Assembly (NCBI GenBank): GCA_045636565.1
Contig: JAZTXU010000255.1
Span: 1 to 49,803 of the forward strand
Length of the DNA: 49,803 nucleotides
Direction of reading: 5' to 3'
Source: Acutalibacteraceae bacterium
GTDB lineage: Bacteria > Bacillota > Clostridia > Oscillospirales > Acutalibacteraceae
Within the stretch, counting starts at the first letter, position 1, and the number at the start of each line of letters is the position of its first letter. Positions 1 to 9,007 of this stretch are shown piece after piece. Under the pieces are notes generated by a model. The model was given only the letters and a program-made list of their open reading frames with translations. It was not told where the DNA came from and searched no databases. Position numbers and translations under genes: made by a program.

Positions 1-126
1 AAACTTGATGATACCCAAAAACTTGCATTATGGAGAAAGCTAATCAAGGAAATTAGGGTATCAGGCAATAAAGTAATTGAGGTTGTTTTTTAATAACCTC
101 ATTTGTACTAACTCCACAACTCCTGT
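1..126. repeat. Terminal overlap, identical to 49678-49803. It contains the last 90 coding nt plus the stop of the integrase gene and 33 nt downstream.
   Basis: Direct comparison of the first and last lines of the window: aaacttgatgatacccaaaa...actccacaactcctgt occurs at both ends. Confidence 0.95.
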
Positions 127-150
127 TGGAGTTAGTGTCTTAGTACAAAT
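101..150. other. Candidate attP: a 50-bp imperfect inverted repeat just after the integrase stop
   Basis: atttgtactaa (101-111) pairs with ttagtacaaat (140-150), and ctaactcca (108-116) pairs with tggagttag (127-135). Large serine integrases use sites of about 50 bp with imperfect dyad symmetry, often next to int. Confidence 0.3.
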
Positions 151-169
151 ATCCCAAAGCCCCAAGAAT

Positions 170-200
170 AAGGCACTAGAGCAATTCTAGTGCCTTTTTT
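170..200 (+). terminator. Rho-independent terminator between int (+) and the lysis cassette (-), probably bidirectional
   Basis: 11-bp stem aaggcactaga / tctagtgcctt with a 5-nt loop, followed by a T-run. A-rich on the other side. Confidence 0.7.
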
Positions 201-231
201 ATAAGAATATTTGTAAATTTCAGCAAAGATA

Positions 232-260
232 TTGTTTCCTCTGCCAAAATATGTTATAAT
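232..260 (+). promoter_or_regulatory. Sigma-70-like promoter reading antisense into the lysis cassette
   Basis: TTGTTT, 17-nt spacer, TATAAT with an upstream TGn (extended -10). No plus-strand ORF of note lies downstream. Confidence 0.35.
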
Positions 261-325
261 GTGGAAAACTATAAAATGTACGTGTTTTTCCTAATATATT
301 TATAATCTTTCCGGTGCCTTTTTCT

Positions 326-493
326 TTACTCCTTCGTAGCCTGAGTGCCGAAGTAGAAGCCAATAACCGTTGTGAAAATCGTCATTACTTCCTGAGAAAT
401 TTCACCTCTAAGCGCTGTGATGAAAAACAAGATGGTAAGTGATATGGTTACAATGGACTTGATGGTAAGGAGTTTGCTCATACGTTCTTTCAT
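326..493 (-). CDS. Small two-TM membrane protein, holin-like (55 aa, below the ORF-track cutoff)
   Basis: RBS aaagaggtaaaatttt then ATG. Translation is MKERMSKLLTIKSIVTISLTILFFITALRGEISQEVMTIFTTVIGFYFGTQATKE. Lies 25 nt downstream of the endolysin gene. Confidence 0.5.
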   Translation of the reverse strand: MKERMSKLLTIKSIVTISLTILFFITALRGEISQEVMTIFTTVIGFYFGTQATKE

Positions 494-517
494 AAAATTT
501 TACCTCTTTCTTTATTT

Positions 518-1393
518 TTAAGGCAGCTTTATAGTTTGTCCTGCCTTTATTAAATCTGCGTTCTGAATATTATTTAAAGCTACAAGTGCGCTTACTGTGG
601 TTCCGTGAGCCTTTGCTATTTTCGTAAGGTTATCGCCCTTCTTTACCACATAGGTTTTAGCTGCAGTAATTTTGGCAATATCCTTTTCGTTTACCCATCC
701 ATAAACTGTGGACCCTTTTCCAGATACAGCCTTTAAGTGATACGGATGAGGTCTGCCGTTTACAAAGTTTGTTATAACAGATTCACCCGGTTTGCAGCTT
801 TTTGCTATTCCTGAGCTGTAAGAGTTTGTATAGTGGGTATTGCCGTTAAACATTACCGTATTGCCAACCTTAAAGCTAGGCTCGTCCACAGCCTTTGTGT
901 AGTATTTAGGAACACCATAGCCTCTTATGTATCTGGCGTTTACTTTAATGTTCCTGTAGGCTACCTTGCCGTCGTTATTACCCTCTATAACCTTTATAAC
1001 CCCGCCGCTTACAGCTTCCACAATTCCGACGTGATCTGCAGAGCCTGTGGTATCTCCTGAGCCGTTGTCGTCCCAATTATAGAAGATAACATCACCGGGA
1101 GCAGGTATATAGCTATCAGATTCTACCCAACTACCTAAGTTCTTAAATAATATCGTATGCTTTTCACAGCCGCACTCTGTAGGGAATATATCCGTAAGCC
1201 CTGCCTTGATTGAAACTGCCGATACGAATGTCGAGCACCAAGCGTCGGTATATTTTACCTTATAGCCTCTTGCAAGGGGTTTATGGGAGTTGTACACGTC
1301 AATTATTTTTTTGTGTGATCCGTCGCTGTCCTTGCAACCAAGCCACCCTTTCGCAATGGTTACAACCTTGTTTCTAATTTCGTTTTCTGTCAT
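518..1393 (-). CDS. Endolysin: CHAP-type amidase/peptidase with an SH3-like domain and a C-terminal LysM
   Basis: Cys motif DAWCSTFVS and His motif DHVGIVE. LysM is YVVKKGDNLTKIAKAHGTTVSALVALNNIQNADLIKAGQTIKLP. The ATG at 1391-1393 overlaps the upstream stop (ATGA) and has RBS gggtgg. Confidence 0.85.
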   Translation of the reverse strand: MTENEIRNKVVTIAKGWLGCKDSDGSHKKIIDVYNSHKPLARGYKVKYTDAWCSTFVSAVSIKAGLTDIFPTECGCEKHTILFKNLGSWVESDSYIPAPGDVIFYNWDDNGSGDTTGSADHVGIVEAVSGGVIKVIEGNNDGKVAYRNIKVNARYIRGYGVPKYYTKAVDEPSFKVGNTVMFNGNTHYTNSYSSGIAKSCKPGESVITNFVNGRPHPYHLKAVSGKGSTVYGWVNEKDIAKITAAKTYVVKKGDNLTKIAKAHGTTVSALVALNNIQNADLIKAGQTIKLP

Positions 1394-1698
1394 AAATTCC
1401 ACCCTTTCACAATTTGTTTTCTTTCAAATTCTCTGAAGTCTTTCATTGCTTTTTCGTAGGCTTCTATGCCTTCCTCTATCTCTCCATTGGGCTCACCTCT
1501 TTTCAGAGCCATTGCAACAGCATAGGAGAGCTGCGCCGTTGCAACAACTAAATTAAGTTCAAGGACTGCGCTATCGAGCTTTGCTTTTTCCCTTTGCTCT
1601 TTCTTTTGTATTTCCTTCTGTTGTTTCCTGTTAAATAACGCCATCAGGACACCAACAGTTAAAGAAGGTAAAATTGCAGATATAACAGTTTCTATCAT
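1390..1698 (-). CDS. Putative holin or lysis accessory protein (single N-terminal TM, charged coiled tail)
   Basis: The internal start MIETVISAILPSLTVGVLMALF has RBS aggaggtacagacaa. Sits immediately upstream of, and is coupled to, the endolysin gene. Confidence 0.5.
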   Translation of the reverse strand: MIETVISAILPSLTVGVLMALFNRKQQKEIQKKEQREKAKLDSAVLELNLVVATAQLSYAVAMALKRGEPNGEIEEGIEAYEKAMKDFREFERKQIVKGWNL

Positions 1699-1717
1699 TT
1701 GTCTGTACCTCCTATCG

Positions 1718-3355
1718 TTATAATTTATAGAATGCAAGAGCTTGCACACCGTCAGTTCCGTTCTCAAAGCTGTTTTTCCACGTTATAACGCCGTCTGCCG
1801 CGATTTTTACCTTTGCCTTATGGTTTTCATTATCAAAGGTTTTGAAATCGCATAGGTGGTGGTCTGAAGCAGTACCGTCCCAAAGAACAGGCTTTGAAGC
1901 AGATATTTCGCTGTAATATTCAACCTCTGCATTTATTTTGTTACCATCTGCAATGGACTTATCCCATACGATAGCGGGCGGATAATTATTAAGAGTTTCG
2001 TTTGCAGATTCAGTAAGCGCAAACTCTATCGGCGTTCCATCGAGTTTCCTTGTGTGTAAATACCAGTTGCCGTCAGAGTGCTTTATAATACAAGCATTTT
2101 TACCGAAACAAAGAGTATCACCTGCGAAAGTTTTCATATCGGCAGAAGCTATAAGAGCTATCGAGCGAATTGTGCCTTTTGTATCTTGGTATTTAATATT
2201 CAACGTAGCAGAACCATTAGATGGCAACCAACCACACTCTATTCCATTGTAAGTATATGTTCCTGTTACTTGCCAACCGCCGCTGAAACAGTTTGCTGGG
2301 TGTTTTAAATTTCCTATTTCGTTATTAGGATTGTTTGTAATTTCGTGAATAGTAGCAGAAAAATGCGTATCCCCGTAATTCGTAACCACAAATCCCAAAT
2401 AAGCTCTTGTGCCGTAATCGCAACTACCGTTACCGGCTATATATCTCCATTCAAGACCATTATCGCCCCAAAGAACTCTCTCTCCGTCAACATATATCCT
2501 TGAATCTCCATCGAAGCTTATGGTATGTTTACCAGCGCTAAAGGTTTGATATGAATACTGTGTGCCGTATCCATTTGCTCCATTGTAAACACTGCCAACC
2601 GCTAACCTATAGCAATATGCGTTATTTTCTTTTGTGGGAGTAAAATTAAAAAGTATCAAGTTTTGATTTTTGTTTACTATTTTATTAGGCATTTCAGACT
2701 GAGATGCGTCAAAGCCTTGTACGCTTGCTAATTCATAGCACCCTGCGCCTAATCCGGATAGTCTTGCACAGAAGAAAAATCCTATACCGTTATTAAATGC
2801 GCTGTCACAGCTATGTGAGGGTAGTTCAAGCGAAAACTTTAAGTTCGGAATACAAAGCTTTTGGTTATACCAAAGCCAAGCACTGTCGTACCAAGTAAAC
2901 GGAGTGGGTTTTCCGTCCACATATGAATTTGCCGTACCGGGGATTATGCTTATCTCTCCATTGCTTCCTATTTTGGTTGAGTAATTCGTTGCATCGGGTC
3001 TTGGCGAACTACTATTCCTTTTGAGCGCAAAACTGAAAAACGGATTAAGACTATCGCTTAATTTAAAAGGCGATCTTATATCTTCCTCTTTGCCTATAAT
3101 GCGGATTTTGTTACCACCGAAGGCATCTTCTTTATAAGCTCCCTTTACAACATAAGAGCCAGCTTCAGGTAACTTTGTTTCTCCGTTAACAACTGCTGTA
3201 TATTCAGGTACTGTATTTTGTGCCATTCTTCCTGTAATTGCATTACCGCTTGCATCGTGTGCTGTTACACCTTCTGCAAGAGTATCGGGGGTTACTGTAT
3301 CATTCGTTAAATTTATTATTGTTTCACCGCCAAATACGACCTTGTTTACCGCCAT
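1718..3355 (-). CDS. Tail fibre / receptor-binding protein candidate (545 aa)
   Basis: Last large structural gene before the lysis cassette. The N-terminal module MAVNKVVFGGETIINLTNDTVTPDTLAEGVTAHDASGNAITG is shared with the preceding gene. Confidence 0.55.
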   Translation of the reverse strand: MAVNKVVFGGETIINLTNDTVTPDTLAEGVTAHDASGNAITGRMAQNTVPEYTAVVNGETKLPEAGSYVVKGAYKEDAFGGNKIRIIGKEEDIRSPFKLSDSLNPFFSFALKRNSSSPRPDATNYSTKIGSNGEISIIPGTANSYVDGKPTPFTWYDSAWLWYNQKLCIPNLKFSLELPSHSCDSAFNNGIGFFFCARLSGLGAGCYELASVQGFDASQSEMPNKIVNKNQNLILFNFTPTKENNAYCYRLAVGSVYNGANGYGTQYSYQTFSAGKHTISFDGDSRIYVDGERVLWGDNGLEWRYIAGNGSCDYGTRAYLGFVVTNYGDTHFSATIHEITNNPNNEIGNLKHPANCFSGGWQVTGTYTYNGIECGWLPSNGSATLNIKYQDTKGTIRSIALIASADMKTFAGDTLCFGKNACIIKHSDGNWYLHTRKLDGTPIEFALTESANETLNNYPPAIVWDKSIADGNKINAEVEYYSEISASKPVLWDGTASDHHLCDFKTFDNENHKAKVKIAADGVITWKNSFENGTDGVQALAFYKL

Positions 3356-3367
3356 TGATTCACCACC

Positions 3368-3955
3368 TTATCCGATGGTTACTGTAGTTCCGCCGGCAGA
3401 GTTATCTGTTTCTACGTAAGGAATAGGTTTAACAGTAACTTGGGATATTGCATTGTAACCGGCAGCAGCTGTAGGCATAATGATTTGGTTCATTCCTTTT
3501 GCGAAAGAAGTTACTTCAACAGCCTGTGCTTTTAAACCTTCAGTGCTACTCATAGTACCGGTTACACCAAGGATTGATACACCTTGTCGGATATTTGTAG
3601 GCTTAAGTTTTGACGCTTCAGTAGCATCAATACCAACTTGACCGGCACCATCGTGATACCCCTGTGGAATTTTGTAAAGCCCTGATGCAGTAGAGATTGT
3701 ACCCGATACCGACCCATTATTCTTCATTGAACCGGTAAGTTTCACCGCTTTGTTATAAGCAGTTTTACCACTTAAAATTTCCGCTGCCGTTGCTGTTGCA
3801 TCCTGAGTATTTGCATCATAAGTACAAGTACCGGTTATAACTTCACCATCTGCGCCGTGTGCTGTTTTGCCTTTTAATAACTGGTCGGCAGTAACCGTAT
3901 CTGCGGTTAAGTCAATAAGGGTGTCGCCACCAAAAATTACTTTTGAAATTGCCAT
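3368..3955 (-). CDS. Tail fibre-associated structural protein (195 aa)
   Basis: Its N-terminus MAISKVIFGGDTLIDLTADTVTADQLLKGKTAHGADGEVITG is paralogous to 1718-3355. Internal xxGxTAxxxxGxxxTG repeats. Its C-terminus matches that of 3983-4576. Confidence 0.5.
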   Translation of the reverse strand: MAISKVIFGGDTLIDLTADTVTADQLLKGKTAHGADGEVITGTCTYDANTQDATATAAEILSGKTAYNKAVKLTGSMKNNGSVSGTISTASGLYKIPQGYHDGAGQVGIDATEASKLKPTNIRQGVSILGVTGTMSSTEGLKAQAVEVTSFAKGMNQIIMPTAAAGYNAISQVTVKPIPYVETDNSAGGTTVTIG

Positions 3956-3982
3956 ATAATTACCTCTTTCCGTTATATATTT

Positions 3983-4576
3983 TTATTCATCCAGCGTACT
4001 GCCTATATACACTGTAGTACCGCCGGAGAGATTGCTTGTATCATAAATAGGGATCTCTTTAATTGTGACGTTATCCGTCATAAGCTTTTGCTTGGTTTCA
4101 AGGGTCTGAGCGTCCACAGCGGGTGTAACAGTATAATCTCCGTCAAACTTATCTATTTGAGCGCATACCGTATCTACAATTTCCGCTATATCCTCATCGG
4201 TGAAATAGTCCACCCCTTTTATTGGGGTATATCCATCTTCACCCTGTAAAAGAGTAAGATCCGTAGGAGCTACCGGTAGCATTGAGCCTTTGCTCGGAGT
4301 AAACGCAATTCTTACTGTATCTTTATCCGGCTGTGTTACGCTTGGTGTATAATAACCGCCGGCCTCAGCCTCAATAACTACAACTTTTTCGTGCTCTATA
4401 TCTACGTTTTCTGTAAGGTCACTAACTTCTGCAGCTATTTCTTCGGTATCTTCCTCTATAGCAAACCCTAAAGATTTATCCTCACTGTCAATATCCATAG
4501 ATAGCGCTGTATCTGTATTTTCTATATCTGAGGGTATAACTACGTCATTTGCAATTAATTCTAACTCGTCATTCAC
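3983..4576 (-). CDS. Tail structural protein with an acidic N-terminus (197 aa)
   Basis: Lies in the tail module. Has the motif GEDGYTPIKGVDYFTDEDI. The C-terminal IPIYDTSNLSGGTTVYIG resembles IPYVETDNSAGGTTVTIG of the next gene. Confidence 0.45.
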   Translation of the reverse strand: MNDELELIANDVVIPSDIENTDTALSMDIDSEDKSLGFAIEEDTEEIAAEVSDLTENVDIEHEKVVVIEAEAGGYYTPSVTQPDKDTVRIAFTPSKGSMLPVAPTDLTLLQGEDGYTPIKGVDYFTDEDIAEIVDTVCAQIDKFDGDYTVTPAVDAQTLETKQKLMTDNVTIKEIPIYDTSNLSGGTTVYIGSTLDE

Positions 4577-4890
4577 GTCATAACCTCCTCACAAAGAATT
4601 CTGTTACAATCGTCCTTCTTTATGGAGGTTGCCATTACTTTTTCGTCGGTTGTATAAACCTTCCCCTGAATTTCAATAGGGATATTTTCTTTAAAGCCAA
4701 GCGTTTCTTCCTGAGTTAAGGTAAGGCTTACCGTGGCACCGTCATAGGTTACGCCATCATCCATAGTTTTGGTAAGAACCCTATCGTCTTCAAGCTTCAT
4801 TTCTTGCTTAAAGGTTATCCAGATAGACCTTATTGCCTCAGGATCTATTGACAGTTTGAAAGTGTACGTTGGTGTTGTGCCTCTTATCAT
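4573..4890 (-). CDS. Small tail/baseplate-associated protein (105 aa from the internal start)
   Basis: RBS aagggggatttatt precedes the ATG of MIRGTTPTYTFKL. The longer ORF-track start would overlap the upstream gene by 77 nt. Confidence 0.5.
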   Translation of the reverse strand: MIRGTTPTYTFKLSIDPEAIRSIWITFKQEMKLEDDRVLTKTMDDGVTYDGATVSLTLTQEETLGFKENIPIEIQGKVYTTDEKVMATSIKKDDCNRILCEEVMT

Positions 4891-4903
4891 AATAAATCCC
4901 CCC

Positions 4904-6991
4904 TTATTTCCATTTGCCGACAACAGTATATTCATATTTAACTTCCGATAAGGCAATAGTTGTTGGACGTACAAATCCATATTGACCGGTTTGAGTTGTA
5001 GTATTTAGGCCAATTCCACCAGCTTCAGGATATACCCATCCGGCTACACTGCTTCCGTGAAGAAATGCGCTTTCTTGCGGTCTAGCTGCAAAAGTAAACG
5101 GATAATTTATACGAGGGGCCAGTGTATCGCTATAATATAATGAACCCCACGTTTTAGTGGCTGCACTAGTCATTGTATAAACTCCCCAACATTCAGCAAG
5201 ACCACTGTTCCACTTACGATAGGTCCAAATACCCGAGGTGCCTTGCTCTACAACATAATCCTTCGTATTATTGCTATCTAATATGGTTTTCCAGCCTTTC
5301 CAACTACCGGCGATATGTTGCCTCCAAGACAAATTATCTTCATTCGTAAGTATGCTTCTCAGCTGAAAACCATAATTTGTTCCATCATCCTGACCGTTTC
5401 TATGTCGAACACTTATAGTGCTATACCACTGGTCGTTTTGGCTATATGTACCCATAAAGCTCGGAGAACCTGCTATCCAGTTTTCATCAGTTATGTCGTC
5501 TCTCGAACCACCAAGCATATAGTTATCTTTTCCAACAGTTACGCCATTGATCATACCATCAACTGTTAAGTTTTTTCTAACTCGCTCATTCCAATTAACA
5601 TCAAGCAAATCTGCAGTTTCAGAAACCTTACCCAAAGCAATACCTTTACCGCTATTATGAAAGTCCATTGTAACTTCAACAGTGGGTAATACCACTTCTT
5701 TAGTTACCGACGTATAAGAATCCGTTATTTTAGCTGTTGCAACTAAGGTGTTATCTGTGGGTACGTTTGTAAAGGTGGTAGTGCCATTTAAGGTATATGA
5801 GGTTGAGGTTATGCTTTGTGTAACACCGTTTAAGGTTACCTGAAAGGTTTTAGCATTCTTACTATTTACCGAAGCTACAGTACCTTTTAAGGTTGCAATA
5901 ACTGTTGTACCGTCAGACTGCCTTGCCAACGTAAAGGCTGTTATTGTGGGAGCCGCGTAATCATAGACCGTTATCGCAGCACTATCTACTGTAACAGTTT
6001 TACCTCTGGAATCCTTAACAGTAGCTTTTACAGTCTTGCTGCCGTTAGATAAAACCTTTGAAGTAAAAGTCTGCCCTGTATATGTAGAGCCGTCCACAAC
6101 AGAGGAATAACTGCTAATTGTCGCTCCATAAGAGGATGAAGCCGTTATTTTTGCGGTTACCGTGGATTTTCCTTTTACATATGTGCTGCTAAGTAGATTA
6201 TTACCCGTAAGCGCAACACTTGCTGTGGGTGTATATGAGGGTACGTTTAAGGTAATTGCTTTAGTTACTTCACTGCCTATTTGTGTACCGTTTGAATCGT
6301 AAGTATAACAATAAAGAACGCAGTTACCACTGTTGGCATTTGGTATCTGGTTAGCAAGCGAAGTAGGCGGCGTAAAGGTAACTGTGGTATTTCCCGCTGC
6401 AGAAAAACCTTCGCCAATAGATAATCCCGCTGTCTGGTTTGTAAGACTACCGAATATATACCTTAATTTATGCTTAAAGCTCGTTGAAGCCGGTGCAAGC
6501 GTTATTGTTATTGCACTTCCCATAGTCTGAGTTGTTGCTGAGAAGGTCGGCGTTGTTGCTCTCGGTATTGAGTTAAGGGTAATAGTTCCCGATGCCGTAC
6601 AGTCACCTGAGCTTGCTACTGAAGAAGAAGGACCGTAGCTTGCGGCGTGTCCGTTAGCTCTTGCAGATATTGTTATAGACTTAGAGCCGTCGCTATTGTG
6701 GTAAACTCTTTTTGTGGCAGTCTGTATTAAATATGTGCTAGTTCCCAGTGTTCTCCAATATACCGAAAATACCTTAGATATAGAGGTCGTTTCGCCATTT
6801 ATTGTAATACTTGCAGATCTTGCGCCTACGGTATCAAATTCGCTGTAGGTGTTGTTGGTGGACCAATAGGTTTTAACGGTAACGTCGGAATAGTTACCGG
6901 CTATATTTTGAACCGCACTCCAAGTTAAATAAAATGAAAAGGTACCTGAAAGCTGTGTTACGCTACCGTTTATAGTTCCGCTTAAAGCCAT
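4904..6991 (-). CDS. Large baseplate/receptor-binding structural protein (695 aa), DUF859-like N-terminus
   Basis: Lies after the Tal-like gene. Ser/Thr-rich beta-type sequence with an N-terminal pattern (FSFYLTWSAVQNIAGNYSDVTVKTYW) typical of siphovirus baseplate proteins. Confidence 0.5.
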   Translation of the reverse strand: MALSGTINGSVTQLSGTFSFYLTWSAVQNIAGNYSDVTVKTYWSTNNTYSEFDTVGARSASITINGETTSISKVFSVYWRTLGTSTYLIQTATKRVYHNSDGSKSITISARANGHAASYGPSSSVASSGDCTASGTITLNSIPRATTPTFSATTQTMGSAITITLAPASTSFKHKLRYIFGSLTNQTAGLSIGEGFSAAGNTTVTFTPPTSLANQIPNANSGNCVLYCYTYDSNGTQIGSEVTKAITLNVPSYTPTASVALTGNNLLSSTYVKGKSTVTAKITASSSYGATISSYSSVVDGSTYTGQTFTSKVLSNGSKTVKATVKDSRGKTVTVDSAAITVYDYAAPTITAFTLARQSDGTTVIATLKGTVASVNSKNAKTFQVTLNGVTQSITSTSYTLNGTTTFTNVPTDNTLVATAKITDSYTSVTKEVVLPTVEVTMDFHNSGKGIALGKVSETADLLDVNWNERVRKNLTVDGMINGVTVGKDNYMLGGSRDDITDENWIAGSPSFMGTYSQNDQWYSTISVRHRNGQDDGTNYGFQLRSILTNEDNLSWRQHIAGSWKGWKTILDSNNTKDYVVEQGTSGIWTYRKWNSGLAECWGVYTMTSAATKTWGSLYYSDTLAPRINYPFTFAARPQESAFLHGSSVAGWVYPEAGGIGLNTTTQTGQYGFVRPTTIALSEVKYEYTVVGKWK

Positions 6992-7002
6992 AATTTCACC
7001 CC

Positions 7003-8631
7003 TTATTTTAATTTAGTGAAGGTTAAGTTTCCCGAAGCTCTTGTTACAAAACCAAAGTTCTGAAAACGGATCTTACCTTCCTGCAGGTTTTCTATCTCAA
7101 AGCTGTTATTACTGAAATATGCTATTCTTGTAGTACCGGTATAAAAGGCAACTTGGTCGTTTTCCAATCTTAACGTAAGAGCATTTCCGGATTCTCCAAA
7201 GGTCATATATCCGTCCCCAAAATGGATATAATCTGTAAGCATTCCGTTACCGTCATAGCTTTCAACGGATATTAGGTTTGCGCTAAGTGTTCCGGTTGTA
7301 ATAAAATCTGCATTTATTTTACCGTCTGCAGTAATTGCTGTTCTGTAAGGTCCTGCGTATGCGTTACCGTTTGGGTTTTCGGCATATCCAAGCCCTTCCT
7401 TATTCCAGCGCCATACCTTTGTAGCTGCGGCTATATCCTCAATATCCACAATAAGAAGCTCATCGGGCTTACCGTCAGAATTGGTATCGTGTAACATAAC
7501 GTAACCGCCGGTGTTACCTGTAATAGCGTTAGTGGCATCTAATATCTGCTGTTCAAGGGTAGAATATATACGCTCTATTTTTTGACCTACAGATTCAAAA
7601 CGGTTTGTAAACTCGCTTCTTGTAGCCCCTTTACCTTTGCAATCTATGGAGGCATTTAAGCCACCGCCAACCTTTACGGATTGTCCCATAACAAGTACAG
7701 TGTGGGGAACGTCATCTTTATCGTAAACCTTAACTATATCTCCTGATTGTAACGCTGGGTTTCCACGCCATTTCACACTGCAAGGAGTATATGCAAGCCC
7801 ATTTACTTTTGTGTAAATATCTGCAGCCATAGCTTCAGTTATGTAAGGATTTTCAAAGTTTATCTGAGTACCGTTTGCGCCGTCACCAACAACAATGGGC
7901 TTTTCTTTGGTACCTGTTGCAATTGAGGTTACAGTGAGAGATTTATCTGTGGTACGGGTAAATCCGTTCATATATTGCAGCTTACGTGGGATTTCCAGTA
8001 AAGAATCATAATACCACGCCAATTCAAGCTGACCGCTGCGGGCAAATCTTGCAAAGCCGCCTAAACACCCTGCGACGTAAGATATAGCCTGTGTGTAGGT
8101 AATATCCAAATACGGGAAATTAGTTATTGTGTAAGAAGGCAATGTGCGCTCTTTTAAGGTTATTCCGCACTTGGAATATAACTGCTCTTTTAAATCATTA
8201 TATATAGCTTGCAGTGTAGTATTTGAAGGTACCGTTGCATTGTATTTCCCGGTCATTTTGCAAAACCCATCATAAGCAACTAACTGTAAGGTTTTAAAGT
8301 CGTTGTTGGTAGTTGGCTCTGCGGCATAGAATTTACCTAACGGCACATATTCTACAGCACCGTTTACAATTAAACCTATATCAGCTGTAAACGAGGTCCC
8401 GTCGTAATTTATATCCATCGGAGGATTAATAAGGTTTACCGTAATTTTATTGGAGCAAGCAGATCCCATTGTAAGGGTATCACCAGAATTGGTTATTTCT
8501 TCAAGGGCTATATCACTAATAGTTGAGCCTGTTAATACGGTGGAACCAAAGGTAAGCTTTAGAGTAAATTCTCTGTTGTCTGCAGTTATTTGTGATTTAA
8601 AATCTTCGCTTACTTTATACATTTGTTCCAC
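7003..8631 (-). CDS. Tail-associated (Tal-like) protein of the prophage tail endopeptidase family
   Basis: 542 aa, in the canonical position after the tape measure and the Dit-like gene. Confidence 0.55.
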   Translation of the reverse strand: MEQMYKVSEDFKSQITADNREFTLKLTFGSTVLTGSTISDIALEEITNSGDTLTMGSACSNKITVNLINPPMDINYDGTSFTADIGLIVNGAVEYVPLGKFYAAEPTTNNDFKTLQLVAYDGFCKMTGKYNATVPSNTTLQAIYNDLKEQLYSKCGITLKERTLPSYTITNFPYLDITYTQAISYVAGCLGGFARFARSGQLELAWYYDSLLEIPRKLQYMNGFTRTTDKSLTVTSIATGTKEKPIVVGDGANGTQINFENPYITEAMAADIYTKVNGLAYTPCSVKWRGNPALQSGDIVKVYDKDDVPHTVLVMGQSVKVGGGLNASIDCKGKGATRSEFTNRFESVGQKIERIYSTLEQQILDATNAITGNTGGYVMLHDTNSDGKPDELLIVDIEDIAAATKVWRWNKEGLGYAENPNGNAYAGPYRTAITADGKINADFITTGTLSANLISVESYDGNGMLTDYIHFGDGYMTFGESGNALTLRLENDQVAFYTGTTRIAYFSNNSFEIENLQEGKIRFQNFGFVTRASGNLTFTKLK

Positions 8632-8997
8632 CTACCTTTCAATAAAATTTGCACTTAATCCTTCCCATAGGAATTTTTGTTTATCATTGTTCCAGACATA
8701 CATTGGAGTTGAACGATCACCCACATAAAACTCGCCCTCTCTGTATGCTCCGTCGTGTGCATCGGGGTACCTTAGTGTAAAAAATACATTATCCATAGCT
8801 TTAAGGAGTATAGACATTTCTAAGGGTTCCATAGGTCCCCACGTACAGTTAATTTTTCTTTTAACCGCAACCCTGTCACGAAACATTTCTCCTAATTGGT
8901 TTCTGCCGGCTCCGTCCTCAGAATCTAGATCGTATATATCCCAAGTAAGCGTCATAGGATCTGCAATATTTAGCTTATTTATTTGTAATATACTCAT
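8632..8997 (-). CDS. Small distal-tail (Dit-like) protein
   Basis: 121 aa, immediately downstream of the tape measure gene and abutting the Tal-like gene. Confidence 0.4.
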   Translation of the reverse strand: MSILQINKLNIADPMTLTWDIYDLDSEDGAGRNQLGEMFRDRVAVKRKINCTWGPMEPLEMSILLKAMDNVFFTLRYPDAHDGAYREGEFYVGDRSTPMYVWNNDKQKFLWEGLSANFIER

Positions 8998-9007
8998 ATA
9001 CGCCTCC

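Noticed and set aside
1718-6991. Diversity-generating retroelement or invertase-driven tail-fibre variation
   Set aside because: There is no reverse transcriptase gene and no template/variable nucleotide repeat pair. The shared fibre modules are diverged at the DNA level, and the small recombinase is 29 kb away.
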